Origin: Piromyces finnis finn | Taxonomy: Eukaryota > Fungi > Neocallimastigomycota | DNA length: 64,000 bases | Reading direction: 5' to 3' | Assembly: GCA_002104945.1 (NCBI GenBank) | Contig: MCFH01000012.1 | Span: 868,001-932,000, forward strand | In this document: positions 37,046-49,580 of the stretch, piece by piece | Position numbering within the stretch: the first letter of the stretch is position 1 | Layout of the letters: the number at the start of each line of letters is the position of its first letter | The notes under the pieces: model-generated | What the model saw: only the letters and a program-made list of their open reading frames with translations | Database searches by the model: none | Told to the model about the DNA's origin: nothing | Position numbers and translations under genes: made by a program

Positions 37046-37668
37046 TATAATTCTGTGTAAATCTCAGAGAGATTACCAATATAGTTTATAGGATAATGTA
37101 AAACCGGAAGGGTTTTCAATCCTTAATGGATGGTATAACAATTTATGAATATCCAATCCAAATTTTAAACTTTAATACTACCCAATTATACAAAGGTTTT
37201 CAGTTTATCCATAAAAACGAAGTTATAGGGTAATATTTAAATTCTTTAAAACAATTAGTGAATAATATATGTGAAATATTTTAAATTCCAGTTAATGAAA
37301 TATAAAAATTTTAAACATTAGATTTAGTTTATAGTTAATAGTTTAGAAATAATAAAATGCACATATTCACCAGCAAACCAAATTTTACTTAGTAGAAAAT
37401 TAGGTTTGAGGGGGAATGTTAGAATATGTGAAACGTTATGTCACATGTATTCAAATGTATTGAAATGTATTAAAACGTATTTGTATATATTGTATTTAAT
37501 TATATGTTTAAGCCACAATGTAAATGTATAAATACATGTAGTTTGAGAAGAATGTAACGCAAGTAGTTCTTTATCATAAAATATATTAATAAAGATGACA
37601 TAATTATAAACCTAAAATAAACAACTCTTAATATAATCATTGCATAAATTAGAAATGAAAATCATTCC

Positions 37669-37885
37669 TGTTAGAATATGTGAAACGTTATGTCACATGT
37701 ATTCAAATGTATTGAAATGTATTAAAACGTATTTGTATATATTGTATTTAATTATATGTTTAAGCCACAATGTAAATGTATAAATACATGTAGTTTGAGA
37801 AGAATGTAACGCAAGTAGTTCTTTATCATAAAATATATTAATAAAGTTGACATAATTATAAACCTAAATTAAACAACTCTTAATA
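37669..37885 (+). mobile_element. Third LTR copy, preceded by a 35-bp duplicate of element A's left flank and followed by TSD ATTCC
   Basis: 37634-37668 equals 32937-32971 (TAATCATTGCATAAATTAGAAATGAAAATCATTCC). ATTCC at 37886-37890. Confidence 0.92.
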
Positions 37886-38864
37886 ATTCCAATGCCTATA
37901 ATATTAATTTAATATATGAATCAATGGTAAGAATAAACATTTTTATATATTAAAATTTATTAAATTGAACCAAAAAAATAATACACTCAAAAATTAATTA
38001 TAATATATATAATATATTATAAAAATTAATTTTTACTATAAACAATTTTAATATAAATTTTTTCTTTTTTTTTTAATTAAAAAGATTGGTAATTTAATTA
38101 AAGTAACGTAACACAAATATAGTTATGTGTAACTATTAATATTTTAAAAGAAAAAGTTTAAATTTCAATTGTCATTCCATGGAAGGTTATCATGAGGATG
38201 GTTGTGAATAGGGTAGATAGGGTAGATAGGTGGTTGTAAATGAGATAGTAAATGGTGTAGGGTAGTAGGGATGAAAAAAATAAAAATTAAATAAAGGTTT
38301 TAAAAAAATGTAATGAAATACAATAATAATAATAGTTAATAATAAATATAATAGTTAATAAAATACTAATACTACTAATAATAAAATAGTATTCCCTAAA
38401 TAATAATAAATGTTTATTCTTTCTTATTCTGTATTATTAATTATTGTTAATGATCTATCAAAGATTGGTGAATCAAGAAAAAAATTAATTTTAAATAATG
38501 AAAAGATAAAAGATGAATTTATATTGTGACATTTCAATAAAAAAAGTTTTCTGATACATTTAAAATTAAAACTATATAGATATATATAGATACATTAATA
38601 TTTAAATATACTTTTTTCCCATCAATTTTTATTTGAACAAGTTAAAAGAAAAAAGATCCTTTCTAATCAAAGAATAAAAAAACTTTTATACTTCCTATTT
38701 AACTAATATATATAATAATATATTATAAAAAAAGCCATATTGTATGCTTATTTTTATATTATAAAAAAAAAAATAAAAATTATCTATTATTAATTTCAGT
38801 AAAGAAACAATAACTATTGGTTCTATTATTTTAATTAGTACTACAATAATTATATAATTATACT

Positions 38865-38951
38865 TGATAACTAATATTGTAAAATATACAAAGTACAAGA
38901 TAGTATAATAATAACTAATATTGTAAAATACACAAAGTACAAGATAGTATA
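38865..38951. repeat. 44-bp tandem duplication in the spacer between the two elements
   Basis: ATAACTAATATTGTAAAATA[TC]ACAAAGTACAAGATAGTATA occurs twice in tandem. Confidence 0.8.
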
Positions 38952-39574
38952 TTAAACAAAAAAGTATTATTATTGTTATTACAAAAAAAATTATTATAGA
39001 ATAGTAATTATTATAATGACTTTTAATATTACTTTATTATTATGCTTTTTATACCACTAATAAATAATAACTTCGGAGATTTTTACCTTTAGGAATTATT
39101 ATGATGCTTTGTACTACCAAAAAATAAAATTTATAATAAATAGAGTTTACTTTGTATTTGAAATATGAATTTGAAATAAGAGGTGATGAAATTATAAAAT
39201 TATATAAAAATGAATATTAATAATATCACAATTTCTAAACTCAATTATATATAATCTATAGTTTGTTTTATTTTTAAGTATTTGGTATTATAATAATAAT
39301 AACAATAATTATTATTGTTACTTGAATATTTCCATTAAAAAAAAAATATCTATATATCAGTTATTAATAAAATAATTCGTTTTTTACATGATTATAGATT
39401 TATTTTGAATTCATATCCTTTAAAATAAATTGAAATATACTTGTATATAGAAATGATTATTTCATCAAGTATTATTTATATGATAGAAACTTTCTTTTTA
39501 TTATTATTATTTATATTTAAAAAAAAATGATATATTAAATTATATAGTAAAAATAGTATTTAATGAATAATTAT

Positions 39575-42500
39575 TATTAAGAGTTGTTTAATTTAGGTTT
39601 ATAATTATGTCAACTTTATTAATATATTTTATGATAAAGAACTACTTGCGTTACATTCTTCTCAAACTACATGTATTTATACATTTACATTGTGGCTTAA
39701 ACATATAATCAAATACAATATATACAAATACGTTTTAATACATTTCAATACATTTGAATACATGTGACATAACGTTTCACATATTCTAACATTCCCCCTC
39801 AAACCTAATTTTCTACTAAGTAAAATTTGGTTTGCTGGTGAATATGTGCATTTTATTATTTCTAAACTATTAACTATAAACTAAATCTAATGTTTAAAAT
39901 TTTTATATTTCATTAACTGGAATTTAAAATATTTCACATATATTATTCACTAATTGCTTTAAAGAATTTAAATATTACCCTATAACTTCGTTTTTATGGA
40001 TAAACTGAAAACCTTTGTATAATTGGGTAGTATTAAAGTTTAAAATTTGGATTGGATATTCATAAATTGTTATACCATCCATTAAGGATTGAAAACCCTT
40101 CCGGTTTTACATTATCCTATAAACTATTTTTGGTAATCTCTCTGAGATTTACACAGAATTATAGACAACACATGGTTTATCTCTTTGATTTTACGTCCTT
40201 ATGACAACGCATGGTTTACCTCTTTGGTTTTACGTTTTCTTAACAACTCATGGTTAACCTTTGATTTTACGTCCTTATGACAACACCTATGGATAACTCT
40301 TTTTGGTTTTACGTTCTCTTAACAACCTATGGATAACTCTCTGGTTTTATGTCCTTATAATTACAATTTTCTTTAGAATATTAGCATAATTGTATTTCAA
40401 TCTATTTGTAAATACTAATTAATAATGGTAAAATTTTAATTAAATTCTTAATAGTTATTTAGTTTATGTATATTGAATTTTAACATTTTCTTTTAGGTGT
40501 TTTTCCTTCCTTTTATGCCTTTTGTATTGATTAATTATTCTTATAATATTTAAGAATATTTTACTTTGTATTTGAAATTTTGTTCTTTTCATTTTTACAT
40601 ATTGAATCTTATAAATTTTTACAATTTGAATTTCAATTCATTCTATTTATTAAGCCTTAGTTTCTATGCAATGTTTTAGTTATTTCCAATGTTTAACTAG
40701 AAACAAAAATTATTATCTTGAATTTTAAATTTCGTATATTCACTACTTCCCCCTCAAATCTAGATGTTTAGTAATAAATACTTAGATTTGAAAATGAGAA
40801 ATTTAAATTTCATAAAATTTCATTCATTTTGCATCAAATTTTCATAATAATGAATAATTTTCCATAACATATATGATAAGTATTAATACCTATATAAATA
40901 ATAAATAACATATTCTAATGTTTTCATTCATTTTTCTCAATTGCCTATCCTTTAAAATATAGTGAAATAATATTTTCATGATAATATATTTTAATGTAGT
41001 GATAATCATAGAATATCAAACTAATGAATAAAATATTCCTCAATTATGTATTTCTTTACTTCAAATTAAAATAATTAGATATACCAGTAAAATTATAACA
41101 AGTTAATATTGTAAGATAATGACATTTAAAATATCGATTGTTGAAGAGAATAAAGTTCTTCTAAATTATATCGAAGTCGGCTCGGTTAATTAGAATGTCA
41201 GCTAATTGGTCGGCGATCACTCACTACGTTGAAAGTGGCGATTTATATATGAGGTTACTAAATCACCATAAATTATATTTTAAAACGGCGTCACAACATT
41301 CTTGAATGTTGGTAATAAATAAATATGATGAATCAATGTCATCTAAATCTAAGGAGCCCTTACTATGAAGGTGCTACATTGTTATTGATGGGACCAAATT
41401 AAATATATATAGGTCTAAAACCATCATTAATAATTATCTATGAATATAACTCATTTCACGCTAAGTTAAATCATGATAAGTAATTAAAATATTATTGAAT
41501 ATACCCATTTCACGCTAGGTTATTCAAAGTATATATATATGTAGAATATGCTCATTTCACGCTAAGCATTTCTAACTTTAATAAATTACCTCATTTGAAA
41601 TATTTGCTATGTATATTAGCAATAACAGCCTACGGGATGAGCATTTGACCAGTAATATATTTGCTTTATAGGTAGCAATAATTTAAATAATGCTTTTGAG
41701 GCTAAATATTATCTTAAAGTATTGTTATAATGATTTAATTCAAAGAATAGTATACTGGATTAAATTATATAATACTGATTTGAGTGAAATTATCATAAAG
41801 AAATTGATTGACATTTTCACAAGGATAGTTTCAATGTTCATTGCATAATTTCATTACAATAGGGTATTTTATACAAACTTATCAAATAATGTTTAATTAT
41901 TCTAATTCATGTTTCTAATTGTATAAATTTTATGTATTTTCTTTATGTTCTATCTTTCCTCTATGGCGGAAAGAATATTTTCTCATTAAAATAGTAGTAG
42001 TTAAAGTATTTGAATATTTCACAAACAATTTATTTACTTGAAATAAATATGTATGCTTTCAATAACAATAATGCTATTTTATGAATGTTAATAAAACTAG
42101 TTCTTTTGAAAATAAGATGAAATATTGGTAAATATATGTAATTATGTGTTCATGAATATTTGTGAATGGATATTTTAATAACTGGATATATGGATATTTA
42201 ATGTTATTGTATGCAAATTGACATAATGAGTAGATCAATATCAAGTTGAATAATCTTCATGCTATATAATAAACTTTATATCTTCCTAAATTATATTTTA
42301 ACTATTTTCTTGTCAGAAGTGAGTTCTTTGACAAATAAATTTAACAACATCTATATATGGTCTTAATAGTTCTGGAACAATTAAAACATTTTCGGTTTGA
42401 TAGTTTTCGAGAGTACAGCAAAAAGTATGTCCGTTAGCACAAAGAGTACCGTTTAATAAGTGAACGAAGTTCTTAACATGGGAGTTCATCTTCTTAACAC

Positions 42501-44214
42501 CAAACATGTTACCTAAGTTTCTAGATTGGTAATCAGTATAGTTACGACAACTATCTAATTCCTTGTATTCAGGTTGGAATGGAAAATAAGCTTAAAGATC
42601 GTGTTTCTTAGTAGCAGCATTGTTTATGACATCAGAAACAATGGCAATAACGTGATATGGAAGTTTAAGAGATTGGTAGAAATCTTCAGTAGTACTAATT
42701 AATTGTTCTAATTCTTCCCAGCTCTTTTCTGATTGACAAAAATGGATTGCTCAATCTTTTCGAATTAGTTAATGCTGGAAAAGACCCTAAGTATTTTTGC
42801 TGTGAGCACCAGCTTTCTTTTTGAAACAAATTGAATAACTAGTATCTCTGACTAATAATTACTTTTCTGGTTCACTGAACCATTTACCACCATAGAAAGT
42901 ACTGATTGGTTGTTCACTAACATTTTGGTTCTGGATCATCATTAACTTTAGAAACCATGTATAATTCTTCATCAATATCAGATAATTGAGCTGTCTTGGT
43001 CATAACATCACTCTTCATAAGGAGTGGAATTAGAATCTTTCTGTAACCACGCTTCTTAAGGAAATATAAACCATATAGGATTTCTAATTTCATCAGTGTT
43101 AAGATCCATATTGGAGATATTACATATTACAATTTTCAATATATATCATAATTGATAAATACTAATTTTCATAATTGTGTTCTCATATCCTTTCTTTAGA
43201 TAATGGATGTAGAGATCTTTATAAAATTTTGCTTTATTATAGAAGTAATATGGAATGCTAGGAAATATTCTTTTTGTTACCTAAATTTTAAAATTATCCT
43301 GATAAATAATCTAAGCTTAAGGAACTTATTTATTCAAATTTCACATATTATATTCTTAATGTTAATACTACTATATCATATCTTCTTGAGAATAGAAGTT
43401 TTGTTACAATTGATATTATGTCTATATTCAAGGAATATTAAATTTACTGAAAGCTTTTTGTAGTTTACTATTGACGATTTGTTTTAAGCTACAAAGTTAT
43501 CAAATCAATATAGTGATATAGGTATTGTTCCTTGGGGGTTTAAGCTATTTATTTATATTTAATTTGATTTGTATATTTTCTGAGTTTGTTGAATTCAAAA
43601 TAATTTAAATTTTAGTAATTTACCAGTTTTCGGAAATTTAATGTTTAAATTCTATCACTGTAGATTAACTTATATCATATTAGAAAATATACTACTTTCT
43701 ATGTTTTATTTATCAGATTGATTATTTCCTTATTTTCTATATTAAGTTACTTCGAATCTTTTATTTATGGCGAAAATAATATTTCAATCTTAAAATTTTG
43801 AAATCTCAAATTTTAGATCTCAAGATAATTTTACCAAACATAGAAAATTTCAGATTAAATAATTTAGTTCTGATAGTTAGAATTTCCTACAGTTTTCTCC
43901 TATGACAAAATGTCATATCCGGCGGTTTGATTCATCTTTCAGAGAATCATTTGAGAATTAATGAGATTCTCTCTTGAGAGTCTTGAGACTCTTAATCTAT
44001 TAAGAGTTGTTTAATTTAGGTTTATAATTATGTCAACTTTATTAATATATTTTATGATAAAGAACTACTTGCGTTACATTCTTCTCAAACTACATGTATT
44101 TATACATTTACATTGTGGCTTAAACATATAATCAAATACAATATATACAAATACGTTTTAATACATTTCAATACATTTGAATACATGTGACATAACGTTT
44201 CACATATTCTAACA
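39575..44214 (-). mobile_element. Non-autonomous copia-type LTR retroelement, copy B (LTRs 43998-44214 and 39575-39791), TSD ATTAT
   Basis: Reverse-complement copy of A. The two 217-bp LTRs look identical by eye. ATTAT at 39570-39574 and 44215-44219; PPT at 39792-39800; PBS at 43987-43997. Confidence 0.95.
42313..43075 (-). pseudogene. Second copy of the captured SerRS fragment (element B)
   Basis: Reverse complement of 34101-34865 with scattered substitutions (e.g. KNYVH vs KNFVH). Shares the disabling KHDL* stop. Confidence 0.92.
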
Positions 44215-45555
44215 ATTATTATCTTTCTTAATTATAAATATTAAATACAATAGTTTTATTATTATTATTATTCTATTTATTACATATTAGTATTGGTATT
44301 ATTATTATTCTATTTATTATTATTTAAATAAATAAAATGATTTTTATTATGGATATAGAATATTCTAAAATTCTTTCAACATCAAATAAAAATTTCAAAA
44401 TTTTTTTATTTTGATTTATAGAAATGGTGGGTGGATTGAAAGGAAAGAAATAAAAAAAGACTTTTTTTATTATGTTCAATACCAATTTACTAAATAAACA
44501 AGCATTTTTAATAATTAGTAAATAGTATTAAATGAAAGATTTTAAAAATATAAATATTTCTAATATATAATACCTTATAATATCATATAGGAATAAATAA
44601 TGATTATTATATTGTGAATAGAGTCATCAATAGTTGAAAATATTAAAAGTTTAAATACTACTTTCATTTTATGATGAGAGAAATGCCCTCAGAAGTTAAA
44701 AAAAAATACATTTTTATTTTATGAAAAGTGGATGTGATGCTTTTAATTCAAAACTAAACTATGGTTCTATAAACTGAAAAAAATTATTATATATATAAAA
44801 AAATTTAACTTTTTATTTAGTAAAATGATGAAATACTTTCTCTTTTTATAGTTTATTTAGAGAGTGTATGGACTTTATTATTTTATTAATCAATATGTAT
44901 TATATATTATTATATATTTAGTATTCATTGTTTTATTAATGATTTCAAAAGATATTGATACTAATATATAAAACTTTATCATAACAATTTAAAATGAATA
45001 TTTATATTTATAAAAAAAAATATATATATATATAAAAACATTTTCATGTCACTTTATTTTTCAAAACAAAAAAAGATTTAATATAAAATTTAATTAATAA
45101 TTTTTTTTTTTTTTTTCTTATTAATTAAAAAAAGAAAATGGAATTTACTTTTTTTTAATAAACATAATTCTTATTAACTTTTTATCTTTTCTTTTTTTTC
45201 ACTTCACCTCATACCTCATTGATATAACATTTTCTTTTTTTAAAATAAAAAAATAAAAAGAAAATAAAGAAAAAGATATATATATAAACATTTTAAATTT
45301 TTAACAACAACAATAATAACAACAAATTCTTTTTAAATAAAAGTGTACAAATTAAAAACGACGTATTTAAATTTTATTAAATAAATCAAAACAAAACAAG
45401 AGTTTATTAAATAATTAATAATAAATAAATAAATAAATAAACAAACAAATTAAAAAATAAAAAACAAGATAAAGTTTCTCATTCCATAATATAAACCTAT
45501 ACATTTTACAAAATTGTATCATTCATTTATAATTTTTTAAATAAAAAAAAAAACA

Positions 45556-46813
45556 ATGTCAAAATATATCAATAGGTAAAAAAAAATATTGTTTAAATTC
45601 ATGTAATAAAAGTATTAGATAATAATTAAATTGATAATAAAAAATATAACAAAAAAAGTATTTTTTCACTTCTTATTAAGAAAAAACATAATTCTTTTTT
45701 TTTTTTTTTTATTTTTACATTTAACCCATTGTAAAGATTCAAACAACAAGCTACAGAATTTGTAACAAGATCAGGAAGTCAAACTTCTATTCCAATAGAA
45801 GTTTCTCAAAGTTCTTCTAAAGTTAATACTTTTATTAAACAAAAAAAGTAAATTATATAGAAAAGTTCATTTTATTATTATTATTATTATTGCTAATTTT
45901 ATAGAAAATATAAAAATTGAAAGCATAACGATTTAATACTTACATTATTTGTCTAATTTATAAAATAAAAAGTGAACTTGTCGATCGTATAAAGCAATTA
46001 ACATATGAAAATCAAACACTTTCTCTTAATATTAAAAATGGTCAACCATTATTTCATGTTAGTAATTCCTGGCAAATTATCATTGATTCTTTAAAAAAGT
46101 AAGTTTTAAATAATGGTGCTATTTCCTTGTAATAATTTAAAATTATAATAAAACAATTATTAATTAAATTTTTTTAAATATGTATATTCTCAATAATCAG
46201 TGGTTCAAATTATAGCTCTTCTGCTCAGTCTATTAGTAAATATTATTTATATGTTTAAAATATTTTATTTATATATTTTATAAATAAACGTCTAAATATA
46301 CGGTTTTAAATATATCTCTATTCAAATTATTATTATTATTATTATTATTATTTTTATTTTTTAGACCAGTTATCTCGATGCAATGAAACTATTAGAAAAT
46401 TAGGAGAGGTATAATTATAATATAAAGGATTAAGAATATATATAAAAAAGATATTAAATAACAATATTTTTATATATCCATTTAATATATATATATTAAT
46501 AGTATCAAAATGAATTAAAGGATAATATTAAACAAGGATATATTACGTAATTAAAGGATCCATAATAGTACCATATATATATATTATTTCATTTTATTAA
46601 TGAAATATTGAAAGTCATAATTATATTTACTTTTATACCTATTTTTATCTATTATTATTTAAAAGACCAAATACAGATTTTTTAAAAGGAATTGCTAAAG
46701 ATTTCAAAACATACTCTGATAGGTTAAATAAATGTCGTTTAGATTTAGATGTAGAAAAATCAAAACTAGCAAAATGTAGTGATCCATATAAACGTGATAA
46801 ATATAATGGTATT

Positions 46814-46849
<36 letters not shown>

Positions 46850-47956
46850 CTTTGTTGTTGTTGCTGTTTTATTTTATATATAAATATATTTAAAATTTTA
46901 ATTTTCATTTTATAAATAGGAGTTTATTTTTTTTTATATTTTTTAAAAAATAAAAAAAAGTTCTTTCACTAATTTTTCCATATACATATAATTGATATTT
47001 TAAAGATAATATTAATAGTTTGCAAAAGAAATTTGATGAATACTCTTATGTGACTAAACGTTTAGCCGAACCATTATCAGATACATATGAAATATCTGAA
47101 AAAGAAAAATCTGATATGGCTACTTTTTGTAGAATTTCAAGAAATTATCATCAAAAGTGTTTAGATGAATTAAATATACTTGATCGTGAAATTAACTTTG
47201 AAAGTAATAAAAATGAGAAAAACAATAATTCATTTTCAATATTTAAATCATTTTTTGTTTTGATGAATAACCATTAAATTTTAATTCCAATTTTTACCCC
47301 CCCTCTTCTTTTTAATAAACGTATAAATATTAAATAATATTTCTTTTTTTTATATATAAATTAGATATACCAACATTCCAAATATCTTCTTATCCAAAAG
47401 CCGAGGATTTATTTATTGAATATAGAAGTCAACTCACTACTTCAAGACAAGCAAGGTAAATAAAAAAAATTTTTTTTTGAATTATTTATAATTATATTTA
47501 ATGATGATGAATAAAAGTAAATTTGTTAATCTGTTTATATTTATCTATTATTTTGTTATCTCTACCGATCTTTATTATCCAACACTCTAAAATAAAATAA
47601 AAAAAAGTTGTAAGTATTATTAGTTAAATTTTATAAAGTATTTTTTTTATTTTTTATTTTTTATTTAACACTTTGTTTTATTTAATTTTTTTTTTAAAAA
47701 AAAAAAAAACTATATAGTATGTAGTTTATCATCTGTTCAATCCAGAAATGGTACTCCTCCACAATTACCAGCTCGTCCAGCACCACAACTTCCTCAATGT
47801 CGTGCATTATATGATTTCGATGCTCAACAACCTACAGATTTAGGTTTTAGACGTGGTGATATCATTACATTAATTAAATCTGATGGTAATTGGTGGAAAG
47901 GCACTTTAGATGGTCAAACTGGTGATTTCCCATCTAATTATGTACAAATGATTTAA
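45556..47956 (+). CDS. BAR-domain + C-terminal SH3 protein (endophilin-like architecture; multi-exon)
   Basis: Helical exons ..GYITPNTDFLKGIAKDFKTYSDRLNKCRLDLDVEKSK..FCRISRNYHQKCLDEL. Pro-rich PPQLPARPAP. Canonical SH3 CRALYDFDAQQPTDLGFRRGDIITLIKSDGNWWKGTLDGQTGDFPSNYVQMI*. Confidence 0.8.
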
Positions 47957-49580
47957 AAATAACTAAAAAAAAAAAAAAAGTTGAAATGATCCTATCAAAA
48001 ATATTTAATAACTATTCAATTATAAATAAAAATGATAATGTGGTGTATATATATATATATATTTTGTTATCGAAAAGTATATTAAAGGGCATTTTATTTG
48101 CAATAAGTAAATATGATCTATATAATTTTTGGTTTTTATAATTATTATTATAAAATATAATGTAATCATAAAGTACTATTGGAATAATATTAATAATGAA
48201 AAAAACAATAGTTAATAAAGTAAAAAAATATATAGATAACAATAATCAATATATATAATTTGTATCATTATAAAATTATAATTCATTATCCTATAAATAA
48301 ACCATATATTCAACATTTAGAAATTTGTGATGTTTTTAATAGTTTAAAATATTTTATTAAATATTTATTATAAAATAAAAAAATTAAATAAATAAAAATT
48401 TTAAATCTCTATATCTCTTTTTTATAATTTTTATATACTAATTTCCTTTTTATTCAATGCTATTATTAACTACTACTTTCAATAATTGACTTTTTCTTCT
48501 TCTTCTGACTACCATCAGTTAAAAAAAAAAAAAATTAAAATATTTTTTCATATTTAAATAGTTTTATTTATTTCAATATAATGTAATATATTATAGTTAA
48601 TAAATTAAATTATATTAAATTTTTTATATTAAAATAAAAACTTTAATATTTTTTTTTTTTTTTTTATTTCACAACCTAGCATTAGAATATTTTTTTTATA
48701 TATATATATTATATAATATCAGGATCAAAAAAAATACAATATACAAACAAACAAACAAAAAAAAAAAAAGGTTTAATAGAAAAGACACTATTTATTCTAT
48801 TAAGAGAGTTATTTTCAACCTATGGAATAGAGAAAAATAAAAAAAAAAACATTTGTTCATTTCATAATATAAAAGTTTTTTTTTTTATTTAAACATATGC
48901 TAAATAAAAATTACTTTTAAATATATACATACTTTTAAAAAATTGTTAAAAAAAATAAAACGAAAACCATTGTATGAATAGAATTTTTTTTGTTTTTAAA
49001 AAAATAATCATTTTATAAAAAGGTATTAAAATATTTTATTATTAAATATTTTTTTTTTTTTCATTTATATATATTTTTTAAAACAATAAAAGAAATTTCA
49101 ATTTTAAAAGATTTTTGAAATTTGAATTTCTAATAAAAATTCATTAAAATAACATTAAATATATATATATTTAAAATTGATAATAGTAAGGTATATTTAT
49201 ATTCTCAAGCTATTATCAAATATTATTAACCTTTAAGAAAATATTTTTTATAGAAATCAATTTGATTTAGAATATATATTTATTAAAATCAATTTCTAAT
49301 TTTTTTAATGTATAACTTGTATAACAATATATATATATATTTTAATAATTTATTACATATATTACTAATAAATATTAATTGAAAACGTACAACTAGTTAT
49401 ATAAAATAATATTTAAATACCATAACATCAGTTATTAAAATAATACTTTCTCTTTTTAAAATTCTAAAATACAATAATACCAATTTTTTTTATATTTTTT
49501 TTTATGAAAAAGTAAAAATCAAATATTTAAATGAAAAGTTAAAAAAGAGTTAAAAAAATTATATATATACAAAATATACC

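Larger units (their letters stand above)
32972..37633 (+). mobile_element. Non-autonomous copia-type LTR retroelement, copy A (LTRs 32972-33177 and 37417-37633)
   Basis: Direct repeats TGTTAGAATATG...CAACTCTTAATA. PBS GATTAAGAGTC at 33178-33188; PPT GAGGGGGAA at 37408-37416. No long ORF inside. Left flank ends in ATTCC (32967-32971). Confidence 0.93.

Noticed and set aside
32972-44214. One giant foldback/TIR transposon, or an assembly-generated palindrome
   Set aside because: Each arm has its own LTR pair, TSD and private variants (LTR SNP, 39-bp repeat unit, many substitutions), and the arms are not mirror images at the junctions.
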